NCBI GenBank assembly: GCA_032718475.1
Contig: JAUCBJ010007504.1
Coordinates: forward strand, 21,107-85,106
Direction: 5' to 3'
Length of the DNA: 64,000 bases
DNA from: Nemertoderma westbladi
Lineage: Eukaryota > Animalia > Xenacoelomorpha
Shown here: in pieces, positions 59,936 through 64,000 of the stretch
Layout: each line of letters opens with the position of its first letter
Position numbering within the stretch: the stretch's first letter is position 1
The notes under the pieces: generated by a model
What the model was told of the DNA's origin: nothing
Seen by the model: the letters and a program-made list of their open reading frames with translations, nothing else
Databases searched by the model: none
Made by a program: the position numbers and the translations under genes

Positions 59936-61265
59936 TATTCAGAGTTTATGCGATTATTCGCAACATTCAAGTCCCCAAGTTTGTTCCTACAGTAATTGTG
60001 TTTGTTGTACATACCGTTATAGTTAAATTAACCCCGGTACTACACGGGCTGCTTGGCGTAGGTAAAGACTGGTGATTTTGTGCACCGGTCACTCCAGCAG
60101 ATGCCGTGGTTCTTTTAGCTGTTCAAGTATATTTAACTACTGATTATCTGTTGTACAAGTACTCGTACCTAATTTAGGGTTTAGTGTACAGTGCTTTTCG
60201 AAAGTAATTAGTGTAGGCATTATATTTGTGTTGTAAAGTGGTTGATAGGCACATTCGATTAGCTCTATTAACTTCTAGGTAGGAACACTCCGTGATACAT
60301 AACGTAGAACCTATAGCGATACGGCTATAGGTCGTCAGGCGGTGGTATTTTCCTATCTGGACAACGCAGTGTATTTACTACTACTTATTATTTTCAAATA
60401 CCGTAGTACCCTGTCCGTTGTAATAACCAGATTTCTAACCCTTTGTTAGGCTGGTTTGTAGACTTCTTGTAAAATTACCCTGAAAATTCGTATTTTGTGT
60501 TTTTTGTAAATTTTGTGTTTATTTAGAGATTGTAATCTCAACCCGAATCGTAAGTAATTTGTAGATAAGTAACTTAGAAAGTAGAATTATTTGTTTTAGT
60601 GTCCTATAAGTAACACTTCACTGAAAGCGCACCGCTTTGTGTAGTGATTACTCCCCAGAAATAATAACATTTATTTCAAACATTGACAAAAACCCATTCA
60701 ACGGGTATATATATATTATAAATGAACTCAAACAATTTATAAATAGTAGGCCTGCCATACAACAATTAGGTCTCAATATCAGTTGGACTACTGCTTAAAT
60801 AACGGTAATAAAGTAAGTTAAAGTAACCAAGTAACCCTTAAAATTCAGAAATTCAATTATTCTAAAATAATTGACATACCGGTATTTACAATAGGCTTAT
60901 TATATTTATTTCTATAAATTTTAGGTTGAAATCATACCGGTATTCTGTAATTAATTTTAGTTAATAATTATACTTATATATACTATAAGTGTAAACTGCA
61001 TACCGGTATCCACGATAGGCCTATTATATATTTATATATATTTTTGTGCTAAAATTTTATACCGGTATTTTGTGAAAAACCTAGTCTGTAATAATACTTC
61101 TATATACCATAAGCATACTGGTATTCTAATATATTATATATATATCACGCTACACTGAGTAGCAGTATCGGTAATTAATTACTAGGCTAGCAGTTAATAC
61201 TGAATTACTAGACTTGCTTAGACTGTAATATAGCAGTAGGCATTCAACTGTACAATCAAACAAAC

Positions 61266-64000
61266 ATGTCTGACACAAAACAAACATTGTCAGATAGCCT
61301 CTTAGAAAGTGCTAGAATGAGTGTTAGACAGGGTCTTAAAAAGATCTGGGACTCAGCTAAGAGTATAGAGCGTCTGAGGCCAAAGTCCAAGTCCCCTCCT
61401 ACTGTAAGCAAGGTCATCCCTACAGTAGTAATAACAGAACCGAGGCTGGTCCAACATCGTAGGTCTATCATAGGCACTCGAGCTCAGGTCAAGCGAGACC
61501 AAGAAGCAGCAGAACAGCAACAACCCGCGAGCCAAGAACTTATTTCTCAGCGGTCCGACAGCTCCAGTAGTTCGGATACTGATGAGCGGACGCCCGAACG
61601 CGGAGCGAAGATGGCGGATACGGTTTATGATGAACGGCCAACCTATGAAGAATCTACCGACGCCACTTCTTCTCAAGAAGAAAGCGAAGGAACAGCGGAG
61701 GGGCCGCGAAAGAGAGATGCCATTGACATCTATCTGTCAGACTATCAACGCTTTGTGGGAGATGAAGAGTTGAGGAGAAGGCTGGAGGGGCTTAGCCCTA
61801 ATAGTGAAGGAACCAAGCTGGTGCTGGACGCAATCGATGCGGAAATGTTAGCTGCGAACCAAGCTAAATTTGATGAACTCCTCCGCATCACTAGAGTCCA
61901 AGAAGAGCAAGTAAAGAAAAAACTTATAGAAGACAGAAAGAAAATAGCAGTGGCAGTGGCAGCGGCAGAGGCAAAAGCGGCAGAAGCAAAAGCGGCAGCA
62001 GCAAAAGCGGCAGCAGCAAAAGCGGCAGCAGCGGCAGAAGCGGAAAGAAAGATAGTGGTGGCAGAAGCAGAACGGAGAGCGGCTGAAGAGATCACCCAAT
62101 TAGAATTGGAAAGCATTCAGGATAATCAAGACTGCATAAATAAACAGTTAACAGCTAGTAATATGCAGATGATGAGTCGATCTACTCCCAAAAGACAAGG
62201 TTATACATCATCTGAGGAAGGCGATACCACCGATACTGAAGGCAAAGGAAATAGATCTCGTCTAAGCAGAAGTAAAAGAACATTCCACCGTCAGAAATTG
62301 CCTGATTTGCCTCCAGCTGTTAGAAGGCAACTAAATAACACCAACTTAGGTAGTACAGAACCCACAGACCAAATAATTAAAATAGAAAGACTCCCTACTA
62401 TAGTAGATGAGCCTGAAATAATTAGGCCTGTTCTCGAAATCACCCCTTCGGTGATAGACACACCTGTACTCCCTGAAGTTACCTCTAAATTCCCTCTGCA
62501 CAGTACTAAGCTACCTGTGCCCAGTAGAACAGCCCATGAAACAGTTCAAGTCCTGGACCCCGAGCGAAATATTCATGATTTGTCGCCCGTTGTCCCTCGT
62601 CTGCCCGCTACAACGTTGGCGACTCCCGCTTCGGCGGTCGAATGGGTGGACGAGAGACGGCGGGGGATGGATCTCCTGCTCGGGCAGATGCAGGAGACTG
62701 TTCAGCAATTCAAGGGCACAGTAAGGGAAAGTAGGCTAGAGTTGCAAGAAGTGCAGCAAAGTATCGCGCTCGAACGCGATAAATTAGTAAATACACAAAA
62801 GGGTATACCACCACCCTCGGTAACAATGTGTCAGCCTGTTAGGTCTGAAGTATCTCATGCGCAAGGTGTGGAGCCTACACGCATATACACTGCTAGCGAA
62901 GTAGAAACTCCTATAGTGAACCCTATTAAGGGTAATTATAGACCTGTTGATAATGACATTCCCTATAGACCTGATCATAATCCGAGAAATTTATATACCG
63001 ATAATTCGATATTAAATAACACGATGGCCCAAGAAAGTTTTACGCGTCAAATGGCTAGAACCGAAGCCCGACAAGCGGTAAAGGTGGGAGAGATCGTCAA
63101 GTTCAACGGAGATGAGATGAAATGGTTACCTTTTAATGAATATTACAAAGATAACATACAGAACTCTGTACTATCTAATGGAGAGAAACTTAGATTCATC
63201 ATCGAGTGCTTGGAAGGATCTCCCAAGTTAATGGCGTTAAAGTTTATTGGACATCCAGACGGATTAAGACAAGTTTGGGATACACTAAACATCAGGTATG
63301 GTAATAGGAATAACATAGCTGGGTATTTGTATGCAAAGTTGGTAGCGCCCCGAAAGTTTATTAGCAGCGGGATTATAGAGTTTTCCGATGAAATTCAGGA
63401 GATCTGCAGACAATTAGATTGGCTAGGTAAGTCTCATGAGTATCAGAGTGCTATGGTTATTAGAGCAGTGGCTTCTACTTTACCGAAGGGTGGAGTAGGT
63501 ACACGCTGGGACAAGAAAGTGTTATATATGATGGAACAACAACAACGAGACCCTACCATGGCTGATCTCATGTCATTCTTGGATAGTGAGGTGAAATTAC
63601 AGCTCATAAAGCAGTCCAGAGAGAAGACAGCGGAAAGTAAGGTAAGTGAGAAACCCGTTTCTAGGAGAAGGGTAACACCAGTATGTTATACCGACGACGG
63701 TGAAAGTCAAACCTCTCAAGGAGAGGACAGCGGGAAAGACACTGACAGGTCTTATTATGTCAATAAAATGCCTAAAGATCAGGTAAGTAAATCCAAGTCT
63801 CGACCCAATGACAGAAGGGAACCGGTACAAAAAACCCCTCCTACGTCTCCTAAAAGAATTCAGGTGAGAAAGCCCGAGGAAAGAACAAGTGTGCACCACA
63901 TAGCACAGGTTAAAGTAAGTAACATCAAGCCGAAATGTGTGCTGTGCGACGGGCCCCACCGTTTGAATGTGTGTGATGAATTCCTGAGGAAATCACTCGA
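61266..64000 (+). CDS. gag: BEL/Pao Gag(-Pol), >910 aa, runs off window (absent from ORF track)
   Basis: ATG at 61266; same frame holds IVKFNGDEMKWLPF...LSNGEKLRF (DUF1759-like) and CVLCDGPHRLNVC knuckle. Confidence 0.88.
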   Translation, partial: MSDTKQTLSDSLLESARMSVRQGLKKIWDSAKSIERLRPKSKSPPTVSKVIPTVVITEPRLVQHRRSIIGTRAQVKRDQEAAEQQQPASQELISQRSDSSSSSDTDERTPERGAKMADTVYDERPTYEESTDATSSQEESEGTAEGPRKRDAIDIYLSDYQRFVGDEELRRRLEGLSPNSEGTKLVLDAIDAEMLAANQAKFDELLRITRVQEEQVKKKLIEDRKKIAVAVAAAEAKAAEAKAAAAKAAAAKAAAAAEAERKIVVAEAERRAAEEITQLELESIQDNQDCINKQLTASNMQMMSRSTPKRQGYTSSEEGDTTDTEGKGNRSRLSRSKRTFHRQKLPDLPPAVRRQLNNTNLGSTEPTDQIIKIERLPTIVDEPEIIRPVLEITPSVIDTPVLPEVTSKFPLHSTKLPVPSRTAHETVQVLDPERNIHDLSPVVPRLPATTLATPASAVEWVDERRRGMDLLLGQMQETVQQFKGTVRESRLELQEVQQSIALERDKLVNTQKGIPPPSVTMCQPVRSEVSHAQGVEPTRIYTASEVETPIVNPIKGNYRPVDNDIPYRPDHNPRNLYTDNSILNNTMAQESFTRQMARTEARQAVKVGEIVKFNGDEMKWLPFNEYYKDNIQNSVLSNGEKLRFIIECLEGSPKLMALKFIGHPDGLRQVWDTLNIRYGNRNNIAGYLYAKLVAPRKFISSGIIEFSDEIQEICRQLDWLGKSHEYQSAMVIRAVASTLPKGGVGTRWDKKVLYMMEQQQRDPTMADLMSFLDSEVKLQLIKQSREKTAESKVSEKPVSRRRVTPVCYTDDGESQTSQGEDSGKDTDRSYYVNKMPKDQVSKSKSRPNDRREPVQKTPPTSPKRIQVRKPEERTSVHHIAQVKVSNIKPKCVLCDGPHRLNVCDEFLRKSL

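Larger units (their letters stand above)
57896..64000 (+). mobile_element. BEL/Pao LTR retrotransposon, 5' part
   Basis: LTR homologous to solo LTR, 2.2-kb leader, BEL-type gag open to window end. Confidence 0.88.

Overview
Eukaryotic (invertebrate-like) repeat-dense window made almost entirely of nested mobile elements and satellites; no clear host gene. In order: probable right end of a Polinton/Maverick (PC4-like ORF, acidic ORF, CTACTACT terminus) inserted into the RT of a decayed BEL/Pao retrotransposon that carries an extra ORF with a DEDDy-type 3'-5' exonuclease plus three CCHC knuckles; a hAT foldback MITE; inverted 80-bp satellite arrays bracketing a 67-bp minisatellite hit by a MITE and a solo LTR; a CR1/L2-like LINE interrupted by an LTR fragment and an intact Mag-like Ty3/Gypsy element; a hAT element with an RTE fragment; a large minus-strand Helitron-type Rep/Pif1 gene whose C-terminus is fused to a RuvC/poxvirus-A22-like resolvase domain (plus an apparent inactive second copy) and whose N-terminus appears built from tandemly duplicated 126-nt exons; a 1.55-kb (GACT)n tract; and the 5' LTR, long leader and gag of a second BEL/Pao element running off the window. 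All family calls are by motif reading, with no database search.
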